64,000 nucleotides of DNA, taken from Thermoproteota archaeon (GTDB lineage: Archaea > Korarchaeota > Korarchaeia > Korarchaeales > Korarchaeaceae). The stretch is from contig JALSOH010000009.1 in the NCBI GenBank assembly GCA_026986575.1, positions 192,001 through 256,000 on the forward strand, in the 5' to 3' direction. The position numbers and the translations under genes are program-made. Positions 9,314-19,196 of the stretch are shown here, one piece after another; the stretch's first letter is position 1, and each line of letters opens with the position of its first letter. The notes beneath the pieces were generated by a model, which did not search any database, was not told the DNA's origin, and was given only the letters and a program-made list of their open reading frames with translations.

Positions 9314-9695
9314 AGTTCTTATCCATGAGAGAGTAAATGATAAGTCTTATACCCAGCCTTCTCCCCATCGCGGTTACCCGTGACAGGTACCCTTCGTCCA
9401 AAGCATCAACTATATGAAGTAAACCAGCTGAGCCGATACCGGCTACCTCCTCAAGAGCCACGGCCTGACAGAATCCATAAAAGAATCTTTCGGGCTTTAT
9501 TTTCACCTCCAGAGCCTCAGTTCCCCTGAGAACATCAGCTTCAACGCCGTTGATCACTGTGTTGGCATCGCCTCCTACCGAACTTGCAAGAAGCCTGTTG
9601 AAGTCTTTCTCATCTCTCGCCATATCGAGGAGCTGGTGAAACCTGCTAGAGCGAATGAGCTGTTCGACGTCGCTCACGAGACTGGATGTCTTCAT
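9300..9695 (-). CDS. Small PD-(D/E)xK nuclease-fold protein
   Basis: DEKDF...VEADVL...ALEVK...GFCQA motif; overlaps the ParA start; alternative start at 9710. Confidence 0.65.
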   Translation of the reverse strand: MKTSSLVSDVEQLIRSSRFHQLLDMARDEKDFNRLLASSVGGDANTVINGVEADVLRGTEALEVKIKPERFFYGFCQAVALEEVAGIGSAGLLHIVDALDEGYLSRVTAMGRRLGIRLIIYSLMDKNCVII

Positions 9696-10002
9696 ATAGA
9701 AGGATCTCATGCCCCAGATATAAGTTAATTCTGGTGACGAACTCTTGACGATCTAGCATCGTTCACGACCCCCTGCGCGGTGACACATCGCCACGGCCCA
9801 CAGCTGCATCAGGCTTAAGTCCCAGTGAAGTGGCAGAGCAGCTCGAAATTTGTGGTCGCGCTTCACTATACAATGAGAGGATTTTTCCTCGAGGGTAACA
9901 GAGACGGGCTCTCAGACAATCCCCTCGAGTTGGGGAGGTCCGCAGATCGTCATCTCCTGAGGAAGGTAATAATCGATCCAAGATGAGTGGAGATGGCTGG
10001 AG

Positions 10003-11925
10003 TTAGGTCCAAGGTCTCCTCCACTTCTCCTGCCTTGGCATTAGCGATCTTACCAGCACGTATATTGTGGCCATCAGAGACGCTGCCTGCAAGAGCATGA
10101 GGAGAGGATCCCTGAACACCAGCTCCACCACATGTTTTCCCGGCTCCATGTGGATTAGTATGAGGCCCAGCTCATCCCTCTCGGGAGCCCCCGCATCACG
10201 GCCATCCACTTTGACGGTCCAGTGGGGATACCAAGCCTCCGAGACCCTCACCTCTGCGCTGGAATTGGAGCTGTACCTGAACCTTATGTAGCCATCCCTC
10301 CACTCCTCCATCTTCAGCTCGCACCCCTCGCAGCTCAGCATCGACCCCGAATCCCATCTCAGCACTTCGATGCTACCGTATCTACCCACCTCCACGAATC
10401 CCAAATCCTCAAGTAGATTCAGACCCCTGCTTACGTTCAGGTCCACCAACACGTACTTCACACCAAAAGCCGCTAGCTTCTCACCAACTTCCTTCCTACC
10501 GTTCTCGATCTCCCACTCCATCTGAACATGTTGAGGGTACAGAGGATCCCCTTGTCTGTACCATCCGTTCAAGGAGGGTTTACCAGCCAGTACTGGGGAG
10601 TAAGAGACCATGGAGCCGAGCCTGAATATGATCCCCTGCTGGTGGAACCTAAACGCGCCAGGATCTCGCCCCACCAATCGGAGCGCCCTTCCTAAGTCCG
10701 GATCGAAGTCTGTCCCTGCTAAATAGGTCATTCTTGGTGCTGATTCAACGTAGAGGGGAAATACCAAGAGGATGAGGAGGAGTGGTAGCCACCTCCTCCT
10801 CGAGAGGCCGGCAAGCATCTCAAGCAGGCCTCCCAGCGCCACTGCTGCCGACAGTTGGGTGAGGTCCAGCCACCTGTAGGGCGGGATCATACTCAGGAGT
10901 GGCAGCCTGTTCAGCCAAGGGACGGGGCCCTTAGCCCCCAAACTGAGCAGAAGGGAGACCAGAGCCAGGGACGAGGAGATTAGAGTCGATAATACCCTTA
11001 TATCCGCCTCTTGGGACCTCTTCATCACAAGTATGGAGGCTGGGAGGGAGAGGAAGGCTAGCAGCATCCTAGTGCTTCCCTGATAGAAGCTCCAAGGCCC
11101 CGAGTCGATAAAAGGAGCTACTAAGGGTACGCTCTGCCTCGTGTAGAGGTAATCAATGGAATTCTCATTCAGGAAGTGCGCCAGGTTTCTCTCTAGGATG
11201 AAAGGGAATATCCAGAAGGAAGCGATTATTAGAGCCCACACCACGGTGGAGAGAGTGTTCTTGAGTCTGAGGGCCAAGTCCTCAAGCCTCGGAGTCTCGT
11301 CGACTAGGGCAGCTAACCAGAGGAATCCGGCGAGCGGCGCCACGACTACAGCTAGGGAGTGATGCGTCAGCGGCAGTGCTGCGATCGGAAGGGCGCAGAT
11401 GGGTCTGCTGTCCCTCTCCTTAGCCAATCTTACAAAACATGCTATAGAGAGGGGTGCTAAGGAGGCGGCCACGACCCTCGGGAAGTTCCCCTCAGGTGAT
11501 ATCATTCTGAAGAGCCAGGGGTTGATGGAATAAGAGATGCCCATGATGATGGAGGGTATCTCGGAGAGCTCCAGCTCCCTACCCAGAAGGTAGGCGGATA
11601 GGGAGGCTATCACCAAGCTCAAGGTGATGATCGCCTTGTAGGCTAGAGCTGGGTCTCCCAGAGGCATGGAGGCCGCCCAGGCCATTAGATAGGAGAGGGG
11701 TGGATAGAACCTGAGGAAGGGGTAGCCGGAGTACCAGTCCTTTATCCAAGGGGAGAAGCCCTGAGAGTGCAGCTTCCATATCTTGAAGAGGTGGCCGTAG
11801 GCATCCCCTCCCCAGCCGGGGGGCAGGGGACCGGCGAGGTACATCTCCAACAATCCCGTGGCCGAGAGGAGTAGAGGAAGCGCCACTAGGCTAGCGATCA
11901 CCCCCAGCCTCCTGTCCCAGTGCAT
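10003..11925 (-). CDS. Polytopic membrane protein, PTPS-related/YfhO-like GT-C glycosyltransferase
   Basis: D..GH, WYSGYPFLRFYPPL motif, many TM helices, C-terminal SEAWYPHW.VKVDG YfhO-type domain. Confidence 0.75.
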   Translation of the reverse strand: MHWDRRLGVIASLVALPLLLSATGLLEMYLAGPLPPGWGGDAYGHLFKIWKLHSQGFSPWIKDWYSGYPFLRFYPPLSYLMAWAASMPLGDPALAYKAIITLSLVIASLSAYLLGRELELSEIPSIIMGISYSINPWLFRMISPEGNFPRVVAASLAPLSIACFVRLAKERDSRPICALPIAALPLTHHSLAVVVAPLAGFLWLAALVDETPRLEDLALRLKNTLSTVVWALIIASFWIFPFILERNLAHFLNENSIDYLYTRQSVPLVAPFIDSGPWSFYQGSTRMLLAFLSLPASILVMKRSQEADIRVLSTLISSSLALVSLLLSLGAKGPVPWLNRLPLLSMIPPYRWLDLTQLSAAVALGGLLEMLAGLSRRRWLPLLLILLVFPLYVESAPRMTYLAGTDFDPDLGRALRLVGRDPGAFRFHQQGIIFRLGSMVSYSPVLAGKPSLNGWYRQGDPLYPQHVQMEWEIENGRKEVGEKLAAFGVKYVLVDLNVSRGLNLLEDLGFVEVGRYGSIEVLRWDSGSMLSCEGCELKMEEWRDGYIRFRYSSNSSAEVRVSEAWYPHWTVKVDGRDAGAPERDELGLILIHMEPGKHVVELVFRDPLLMLLQAASLMATIYVLVRSLMPRQEKWRRPWT

Positions 11926-12020
11926 CCCTCTGTCGAGTCCCTGAACTATTTAGTAGTTTTCCCGCTCATCGACTTTGCGCCGTCCGGTGATGAGGGAATG
12001 CCAATCTTTTAGTTGAAGTC

Positions 12021-12287
12021 TTGGATGTAGGGCAGGCGTCAGTGATGCTGAGGGTGGTCCCGGTAGGTCGGGAGCTCTTGGATCTTCCCCTCCTTCTTGG
12101 GAATCCCGTCATAGAGAGGGCCTTGGGCATCCTGAAGAAGGCCCATCCCTCGCTGATATCCAAACTCTTTCTCAGAGAAGCCCCGCTAATCGTGTTCGCC
12201 AAGGAAACTGGGAGGAGGATAGCCGACATGATGGAGGAAAGGGTGATCGAGAGAGGTCATCGGAAAGCGCGAGGATGGACCTGTTGA
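12021..12287 (+). CDS. Hypothetical protein (possibly N-half of a frameshifted gene)
   Basis: ORF with host-like codon usage; overlaps the next ORF. Confidence 0.45.
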   Translation: MDVGQASVMLRVVPVGRELLDLPLLLGNPVIERALGILKKAHPSLISKLFLREAPLIVFAKETGRRIADMMEERVIERGHRKARGWTC

Positions 12288-12520
12288 GGGGGTTCTCCAC
12301 GCATTCGGACCTCCTGGTGTACCTGATGGATGCCTCGCTCAACACGACCCTCGACGCGGAACTGGAGGAAATTCACTGGTGGCTTCTCTCCAAATATGGC
12401 ATGCTATCGAGCCCTGTGGAGGAGCTGAATGCGAGGCTGATGGGTCGCCTCAACTACCTGAGGAGGCGGGTGCTCTCTTATCAGCTCACCTATCTGATGA
12501 GGGAGGGAGCCTTAAGGTAA
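12275..12520 (+). CDS. Hypothetical protein (possibly C-half of a frameshifted gene)
   Basis: ORF with host-like codon usage. Confidence 0.45.
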   Translation: MDLLRGFSTHSDLLVYLMDASLNTTLDAELEEIHWWLLSKYGMLSSPVEELNARLMGRLNYLRRRVLSYQLTYLMREGALR

Positions 12521-12582
12521 TCGCTACGTTAGGTGAGCGGTGATGGTCCAAGGGATCCCGTATCCTCCTACCGGAACCAGCC

Positions 12583-13032
12583 TCACCTCCTGAGTACCCA
12601 CTTCTCCCTTACGTGATTCCCCTCCCTATCGAATCCCAGATCTATCAGCTCTGCGGTTATGCCGTGATCCTCGAGGGCCGCGAACATGAGGTTGGTCATG
12701 TAGTGGGAGGGAGCCATCCCCGACTCCACCAGCTCTATGGAGGATTCGAGTACCGACACGCCGTACATGTCTAGAACGAGCTCGTCCTCACTTACCTTAG
12801 TCACCTCGATCCTCTCCATGTACCCCATCCTCTCTAAGAACTTGGCTACTTCCACTAGAGTATCGAGGGGGTCCTCCCTCCACCCTATCAGTCCTCCCTC
12901 CTTGGCCCTCCGGTAGCACACCCTCCCCACTTCCCTGAAGACATCCTCTGTAGCCTCCTTGCCCAACCTCTCGTTCAGGACACGACATATCCCGTAGTTG
13001 ACGAGATCCAAAAAGATGGGATCGACTGGCAT
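12583..13032 (-). CDS. V4R/H-NOX-like small ligand-binding fold protein
   Basis: Helical N-terminus with EVG, then a G-containing beta hairpin and the beta-strand pattern of V4R-type domains. Confidence 0.5.
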   Translation of the reverse strand: MPVDPIFLDLVNYGICRVLNERLGKEATEDVFREVGRVCYRRAKEGGLIGWREDPLDTLVEVAKFLERMGYMERIEVTKVSEDELVLDMYGVSVLESSIELVESGMAPSHYMTNLMFAALEDHGITAELIDLGFDREGNHVREKWVLRR

Positions 13033-13113
13033 GCTTCTACTTGAGAGGACTGCATATTAACTTTCCGACCTAGAGAGGTTATAAGGCCCTCTCTCCTTTA
13101 GTTGGGGGATGGG

Positions 13114-13632
13114 ATGAAGTGGGTGACCCGCTCTTTCCCGGGAGTTGACAGGACCGCATCGGCATGGTTGATAAAGAGATTCGTTGATCCTGAAGCTGAG
13201 TTCATCTTAATCGACTGGCCTGAGGAGGAATTGAAGCCCGAATACGGGATACCCTTCGATATCAAGGGAGTCGAGCACGGGCACAGGGATGGCAAGTGCA
13301 CCTTCGAGGTCATAGTTGAGAGGTACTCGATCGAGGATCCGTACGTGAAGCGAATGACTGAGATCGTGCATGCCGCCGACATAAAGGGAGAGGAGAAGCG
13401 AGCTCCGGAGGAGATGGGGATCAAGGCCGTTCTGGACGGTCTCAGGTTCGTCACGAGGAGCGATAGCGAGACGTTGAGGAACGGAATGATGCTATGGGAG
13501 GCCCTATATGTTCACTTAAGATTGGAGGATCTGAAGAAGGAGCTGCAGAAGGAACTGGAATCCCTATCTAGGACGGAGAGGCTCCGCCTTCTCAAGAGGA
13601 AACTTCAGGAGAATAGAGGTATCTTAGAATGA
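13114..13632 (+). CDS. Chromate resistance ChrB C-terminal domain protein
   Basis: MKWVTR...DRTASAWLIKRFVDPEAEF, PFDI.G, H....CTFE and IVHAAD signature. Confidence 0.85.
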   Translation: MKWVTRSFPGVDRTASAWLIKRFVDPEAEFILIDWPEEELKPEYGIPFDIKGVEHGHRDGKCTFEVIVERYSIEDPYVKRMTEIVHAADIKGEEKRAPEEMGIKAVLDGLRFVTRSDSETLRNGMMLWEALYVHLRLEDLKKELQKELESLSRTERLRLLKRKLQENRGILE

Positions 13633-13860
13633 TGATAGGATTCTAGGCATATCGCTCGGAGCTACGCCATCATACGCCAGCATTCCCAATAGGAGAGGTC
13701 ATTTTGGTCAAACATAGGAGTGGTATTGGATGTGAATTAGGCGTGGTGGGGTAAGCCTTATCGGCATATCTCTCAAGCACTATCTTGGGAGAAGAGAGCA
13801 CGGTTTTCATGGATATTCGGTTCGGTAAATATATATGAGAACAAGGGACTTTTGGCAGGA

Positions 13861-14397
13861 TTAATGAGGAGAGATTCGCATGTGTGGAACAAAGAGATCT
13901 CCGATAGTCCCCTCCTCGGGATGCTCATGCGCCACCCCTGACTCAGTCCTGTGTGGAGATCGGGCGTTAAGTGACTCTGCGCAATCGGAGTTTCTCTTCT
14001 TCCCGTATTGTATGTAGGCCTTTTTGATTGAGCATAGGGGTTCCAGCAACCTTCCTATCAGGAATTCTCTTATTATCGCGAGGAAGGTGACCCCAACTAG
14101 GAGAAGGGCGAAATGAACGATCCCCAGTACTATAAGGGGGGCGAAAGTCGAAACGAGCCCCAGAGTGTAGGGCACCGTGATGAATGCGGAAAGTATTGCC
14201 AGTAATATGACCAATAGAATTGAAGAGACTACCGAAAGATGGGACAGCTCTAATGCTTCCTCCAAATCTCTCCTAATGATAAGGAGCGGCGAGATGAGGG
14301 ATACAAGCGAGACGTAGGTGAAGAAATCGATCCTCCCTGCATGATGTGCCCAGCGCGCGATCCAACACCCCGACACGAGTGCGATACATGCCTTCAA
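13861..14397 (-). CDS. Hypothetical membrane protein
   Basis: Three to four hydrophobic segments; start uncertain. Confidence 0.5.
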   Translation of the reverse strand: MKACIALVSGCWIARWAHHAGRIDFFTYVSLVSLISPLLIIRRDLEEALELSHLSVVSSILLVILLAILSAFITVPYTLGLVSTFAPLIVLGIVHFALLLVGVTFLAIIREFLIGRLLEPLCSIKKAYIQYGKKRNSDCAESLNARSPHRTESGVAHEHPEEGTIGDLFVPHMRISPH

Positions 14398-14475
14398 GAC
14401 TGGGCTTCAAAGCTTCACATGAATACACGATGGTTAAGCTAAATAAGTTAATCGTTAAGTATTTTTATAAGTATT

Positions 14476-15456
14476 TTATCTGTGAGATGCTGCCCATACC
14501 GTTGTTCCACCCAAGGAAAGCTGTTCCACGAGGCCCTTCTCCTTCAAATTCTTTAGGGCTTTATATATGGTTCTCGGTGGCAATCCAGTCTTTTTCTTTA
14601 TTTCCGAGGAACTCATCGGTCCAAATTGCCTTAAAACGTATAGAACAAATTTTTCAGAGGGAGAACCCCCTGTCAGACTCTCTCTCGACTTTATCAGAAA
14701 AGTATCTCCTCTCACACCCAACCTGAGACTCTCTAGCGAGAGAACATCCTCTATCCTTATATTTCCCAAGTTCACGTTAGGTCCGAGTCTCCTTATCAGC
14801 TCGACATGCTGCTTCACCAGCGGTGCCTCGAATATGATGTCCTCATGATTGAATGTCGATATCAGAGCTGAGAACCAGTCGGACTTGAGGTTCCCCTCCT
14901 CGTCGAAAAGGCAAGACGCCTTACCGAACTCCCTGCCCTCAATAATGACCTTCCACACTCTGCTGAACTCAAGCGCCAATCTTATCTCTTCTATGACGCT
15001 ACGAAGTGGAAGTTTTCTACTGGGATCCTTCTTACCTACCTCAAAAGTCACCCTGAATCCCAAGGAATGAGCATAATCTGCCAGCTCCAGCCTCTCTTGC
15101 ATGGGAATGTCCACTATACCGGAGCTTATCTCCACTATGTTGAAGCCGAGTGACCATGCTTCCTCGAATAGATCCTTGACCCTGCCCTTCACTGTTGCCA
15201 GCTCCATTAGAGTGCCGCTCAGGCCCACATCTACGTCATGCTCGTGATACAACCGGATTCTCTCCTTCAACACATCCTCGTGGATAAGGATGGGGAGTCC
15301 CCAGCCTATCTTAACGTAATCCATGTAGGGAGCCCTATACTCAAGTCCTAGACACGAGGGGGGCTGACTGAGCTTATCGAGTACCATAGTGATGCCCTTC
15401 TCTCTCGGCTTGCTGGATCTCCTCTCTACAACGCTCCTCCTCAGATCGCTTAGCAT
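14476..15456 (-). CDS. comA: Phosphosulfolactate synthase ComA-family protein with C-terminal winged HTH
   Basis: KPREKGITMVLDK, DYVKIGWG, IIEGRE, FEAP, GPNVNLGNI and LESLRLGVRGDT; C-terminal MSSSEIKKKTGLPPRTIYKALKNLKEKGLV. Confidence 0.88.
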   Translation of the reverse strand: MLSDLRRSVVERRSSKPREKGITMVLDKLSQPPSCLGLEYRAPYMDYVKIGWGLPILIHEDVLKERIRLYHEHDVDVGLSGTLMELATVKGRVKDLFEEAWSLGFNIVEISSGIVDIPMQERLELADYAHSLGFRVTFEVGKKDPSRKLPLRSVIEEIRLALEFSRVWKVIIEGREFGKASCLFDEEGNLKSDWFSALISTFNHEDIIFEAPLVKQHVELIRRLGPNVNLGNIRIEDVLSLESLRLGVRGDTFLIKSRESLTGGSPSEKFVLYVLRQFGPMSSSEIKKKTGLPPRTIYKALKNLKEKGLVEQLSLGGTTVWAASHR

Positions 15457-15780
15457 TCACAAAGTCAGAGGTGTCTCCCAAATATAAGTTACGCTTCCTC
15501 CTCAGATTTTTAACAGGATCGTGCCATTTAGAATCACTTATTCCATGATCCCATCTTGGCAAGCAGAGGGGAGTGCATTACCGGGAAGCTCAAGCTCCCA
15601 CTAGATCAAAACGATGAAGCTTGTTCCATTGAAAGCGCATGATCGAATTGGGTATGGTACTAAGCGGTACATCATCGATCCCACTTAACTAAAACCCACA
15701 TCAAATACCCTACTGGTGCCCTCGAGCGGCCGTCTCCACACTACATATGCACATCCGCTGTCAAAAGGGCCAATTAACTC

Positions 15781-16188
15781 CTACTCATCCCCATCGATTC
15801 CCAGTACTATCGTGTCCTCAAAGAATTCAGCTATCTTTTGGTTGGAGGTCACCACGGCAGCGTCTTTGTCCATGGCCGTGGCTATCACAACGGCGTCTTG
15901 AAGAGATACCCCAGACTCCACCGCTATTCTACCGGCAGAGAGGGCTATTCCCTCATCTAACGGTACTAGGGAGATGGGCCATTTCTTCACCGCAGCCACG
16001 GTCTCGTTAGCCTTCTTAGTAGTGTACTCGCTACCTATCACGTGGTAAAGCTCTGAGATGGTTAGACAATTCACATAGATCCTCGCCTTACCTTTAGACG
16101 CCTTTTCAAGGATCTCTTCTAGGAGATCGGCCCCCTTTAAATCGGAGAGGTAAGTTATGATGGCCGTTATGTCGAGGACGAAGCTCAT
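15781..16188 (-). CDS. vapC: PIN-domain toxin (VapC family)
   Basis: FVLDITAII, ISEL and SLQDAVVIATA motifs. Confidence 0.85.
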   Translation of the reverse strand: MSFVLDITAIITYLSDLKGADLLEEILEKASKGKARIYVNCLTISELYHVIGSEYTTKKANETVAAVKKWPISLVPLDEGIALSAGRIAVESGVSLQDAVVIATAMDKDAAVVTSNQKIAEFFEDTIVLGIDGDE

Positions 16189-16397
16189 GATGATCTCTCC
16201 CTGACCCCCCTTACCAGTTCCAGCGGGTTACCCCTGAACTTCAGGATACCCCTGCCCCTACCTGGTGGCGGCGCAACGATCACTATCTCATACCCGAAAT
16301 CCAGCACCTCTACCTCCTTGCCCGGTGAGATACCGTATTTCCTTCTTATCTTCACAGGTAAGACGAGTTGGCCCTTGGTGGAGACCTTCGTCGGCAT
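16185..16397 (-). CDS. AbrB/MazE-family antitoxin
   Basis: KVSTKGQLVLPVKIRRKYGISPG; ATGA overlap with the PIN gene. Confidence 0.88.
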   Translation of the reverse strand: MPTKVSTKGQLVLPVKIRRKYGISPGKEVEVLDFGYEIVIVAPPPGRGRGILKFRGNPLELVRGVRERSS

Positions 16398-16414
16398 AGG
16401 ACTGACCGTTCAAA

Positions 16415-16441
16415 GTAATACGATCAAAATAAAAGTATTAC
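16415..16441. promoter_or_regulatory. Inverted repeat GTAATAC-n13-GTATTAC upstream of the abrB-vapC operon
   Basis: Seen in sequence. Confidence 0.5.
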
Positions 16442-16801
16442 CACAATGATGACGCTTCTCCTGCCACGTCACAGCAGATTATTATCGATTCTGTCATCTA
16501 AATGTTTTTAAATAGACTGATAATAGCAGTAACTTATAAAAAATCTTACATAATAAAAGCCATATTATCATTTTGACCCAGATGCTAATTTAGTAATACT
16601 AAATCTAGAAACGTATTACCACAGAGCACTCCCTAGTAAAGCTACCATCAGGGTGTGAAGCGGCGAATCAGCAGGTCACAACAAATCTCGAATGAAGGAG
16701 GTTACCCACTGGCATCAGGGCGGCAATCGAAGGCGAATCGTTCAACGCTTTATCACCAATAGGGTTAAATTAAGTGCGTAGTTGAACTATCTTAAGAGGA
16801 G

Positions 16802-17944
16802 TTGGCAATGGGATGGAGGTCCCTCTTTCTCCTATTGCTGCTCTTCCTCATCCTTCAAGCGTTCTTTCCTGACATATTTACCCCGAGAATCCGATCTCTA
16901 GCCTTTTCAGGGAAGGATGCTGGCTTATCCAACTCCACATTGCAAGTTCAAGGAAAGGTACTGAGGGAGATTCCCGACACCCTGCTTGTGCTCACCAGAG
17001 AAGGATTGTTGAAGATTTCAGGAGGAAGTGCGGAGGTCCTCAACAAGAATGTTACAGGGTATACTCTAACCCTTTACGGCGATAAGCTTTACACGGGATG
17101 CAGGCCTATGTACGAGATCTCTCTAGGTGGGGACATTCTCAAGGAGATAAATGTGAAAGCCCCCTATTGCCTCACCACAGTACCTCTCCCCGGTGGGAGA
17201 TTCGCCGCGCTCGATAACAAGAATGATAGAGTTTACATACTCGACGGTGAGGGCGGAGTAGTGGCGATCGCCAACCTGACCAACCAGCCCAATGAGCATC
17301 TTCAGAACATGTACGGGATAGTCGTTGGGAATAAGCTCATCGTTTCAGAGGACGGAAATGGCAGGATAATGAGTATGGACCTGAGCACATACGAGGTGTC
17401 CGTACTCAAGGACCTGTCTATGGTAGACCATAAATGGGGACCCATCACCTACGACGACGGCACTTACTACGTAGGTAGTCAGTCCATGTTGTACCGCTTC
17501 AAGGCAGACGGACCTGCAGAACCGGTCGTTGACAAGATATTCGACCACATCACCGGCATAGGCCTTGTTCAGAACAGACTCTACGTGGCTAGGTATGTAG
17601 GGGATATATATGTGGTGTATCTCGATAGCGGAGAGGTGGAGAAGGTCGTTGAGGGCTTGAATAGAGTCATGGATATGGTAGTGATCCCGGGAGCTGGATC
17701 CGGGCCGGGATCTGGAAGTGGAGAAGGGACTACAGCCAAACCATCGCCTAAGCCCGCATCAACCACTGAAATCTCCCACCCAGGTTCGGGTTCTCGACAG
17801 CCCGGTCTCACCACCATCGTCACAACGGTCATAGAGAGTGAGGGGGCCTTTGGACCCATAGAAACCGCCTTACTGGTACTGATAATGGTGCTAGCGGCAA
17901 TCATTACAGTCCTCTATCTCAGAAGGGGAAGGTCATCACCTTAA
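16802..17944 (+). CDS. Secreted beta-propeller (NHL-like) protein with Gly/Ser/Thr linker and C-terminal TM anchor
   Basis: Signal peptide, repeated short beta blades, GSGPGSGSG linker, TM helix followed by RRGR. Confidence 0.7.
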   Translation: MAMGWRSLFLLLLLFLILQAFFPDIFTPRIRSLAFSGKDAGLSNSTLQVQGKVLREIPDTLLVLTREGLLKISGGSAEVLNKNVTGYTLTLYGDKLYTGCRPMYEISLGGDILKEINVKAPYCLTTVPLPGGRFAALDNKNDRVYILDGEGGVVAIANLTNQPNEHLQNMYGIVVGNKLIVSEDGNGRIMSMDLSTYEVSVLKDLSMVDHKWGPITYDDGTYYVGSQSMLYRFKADGPAEPVVDKIFDHITGIGLVQNRLYVARYVGDIYVVYLDSGEVEKVVEGLNRVMDMVVIPGAGSGPGSGSGEGTTAKPSPKPASTTEISHPGSGSRQPGLTTIVTTVIESEGAFGPIETALLVLIMVLAAIITVLYLRRGRSSP

Positions 17945-17999
17945 CAATACCCTTAACTTTTCTGACGTGGAATCATGGAAAAAACCGGGGGTGAGGTAA

Positions 18000-19196
18000 C
18001 TAAGAGGGCACTGAGTATACCTTTTCCAATTCCTCCGGTTGAATGATACCATCCATGTCCGTATCATTCCATCCGACGACCACGAGGGTCTTGTCCACCA
18101 ACTTCCAACGGTTTTCCAACACCCATATCAGCGCCGCTCTAGTTCCTACCTTGGTCGTTCCAGCCAGCCTCGCGTTGAAACCACCCTCGCAAGTGAGATG
18201 TACTATGCCGAAATCCCTGTGCTCGTCCGAGATGAACATCGAGTTGTTCATGGTGATCCTGCCTTCACCGAGCTGGATGTTATACTTGCTCCAAGGTTGG
18301 GGTCTGACTGCCAGCCAACCGACGAACATCACATTTCCCTCTTCCCCTAGTCCGGCCTTCCCGGAGAGGTTCCCTAGGATATCTGAATTATATTCAAGGT
18401 CCTCGCTGTATCCCCTGTATTTGGCGGATCTGGGCCATCCATCGGGCAATGGACACGTTTTAATGGGCTGTGGCATGGGAATGCTGACCGTAACATGTCT
18501 CTCTTTCTTGTTGAAGTGAGCTACAGCTTTGTGATCGCTGTTCATCTTGATAGAAAGCTTCTTAGTGTACTTGGCGACTCCATCGAGTGTCCAGTGACTG
18601 AATTCCCATCCAGCGTGGGCATTGGGATTGAGGGTCACAACAAAGCCGTGAGAGAGGGTGTGGACTCCCACACCGTAGGGGCTCACTTCACCCGATCCCA
18701 CCGGGTCCACCGCCACCGTCAAGCGGTGTCCGGTCCTCTTCAGGTAGAGGGTAACCTTCGCTGACGACCCCTCGTTGATGTACACGTAAGCCCTGTTACC
18801 AGTTATAACCACGCTGGTGAGTTCCCTTGATGGTTGGGTACCGGAAATCATCGCCTCGACCGTACCTATACCGTCTGTGATGTCTCCACCGTAGGATAGG
18901 GATACCACCCAGTGATCGAAGGAGTACCCAGAACAGGGATGTGGTGTGAGTCGGTACCAGAGAGAAGGCTCCACTAGGGTTGTATCGCCGTGTCCGTAGG
19001 TCCCTGCTGGACTATAGGGTCCTGAAAGCGAGGAGGAGACCTCCATCTCTATGGGATCGCACGCCGTGATCGCGGTCCCGGCGCTCACCTCCTTCACTCC
19101 AAAGCCGATGTCAGAAACATTGATGACTATGGCTAGCCCGGTTAACGGGGTGACCAAGAGGATCGCTACTAAGGTTGCCACCAAAATGCGCTCCAT
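18000..19196 (-). CDS. Surface protein with InlB B-repeat-like domains and shared C-terminal domain
   Basis: Signal peptide; GYSFDHW and GWEFSHW repeats; C-terminal RLAGTTKVGTRAALIW...W.DTDMDG. Confidence 0.8.
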   Translation of the reverse strand: MERILVATLVAILLVTPLTGLAIVINVSDIGFGVKEVSAGTAITACDPIEMEVSSSLSGPYSPAGTYGHGDTTLVEPSLWYRLTPHPCSGYSFDHWVVSLSYGGDITDGIGTVEAMISGTQPSRELTSVVITGNRAYVYINEGSSAKVTLYLKRTGHRLTVAVDPVGSGEVSPYGVGVHTLSHGFVVTLNPNAHAGWEFSHWTLDGVAKYTKKLSIKMNSDHKAVAHFNKKERHVTVSIPMPQPIKTCPLPDGWPRSAKYRGYSEDLEYNSDILGNLSGKAGLGEEGNVMFVGWLAVRPQPWSKYNIQLGEGRITMNNSMFISDEHRDFGIVHLTCEGGFNARLAGTTKVGTRAALIWVLENRWKLVDKTLVVVGWNDTDMDGIIQPEELEKVYSVPS

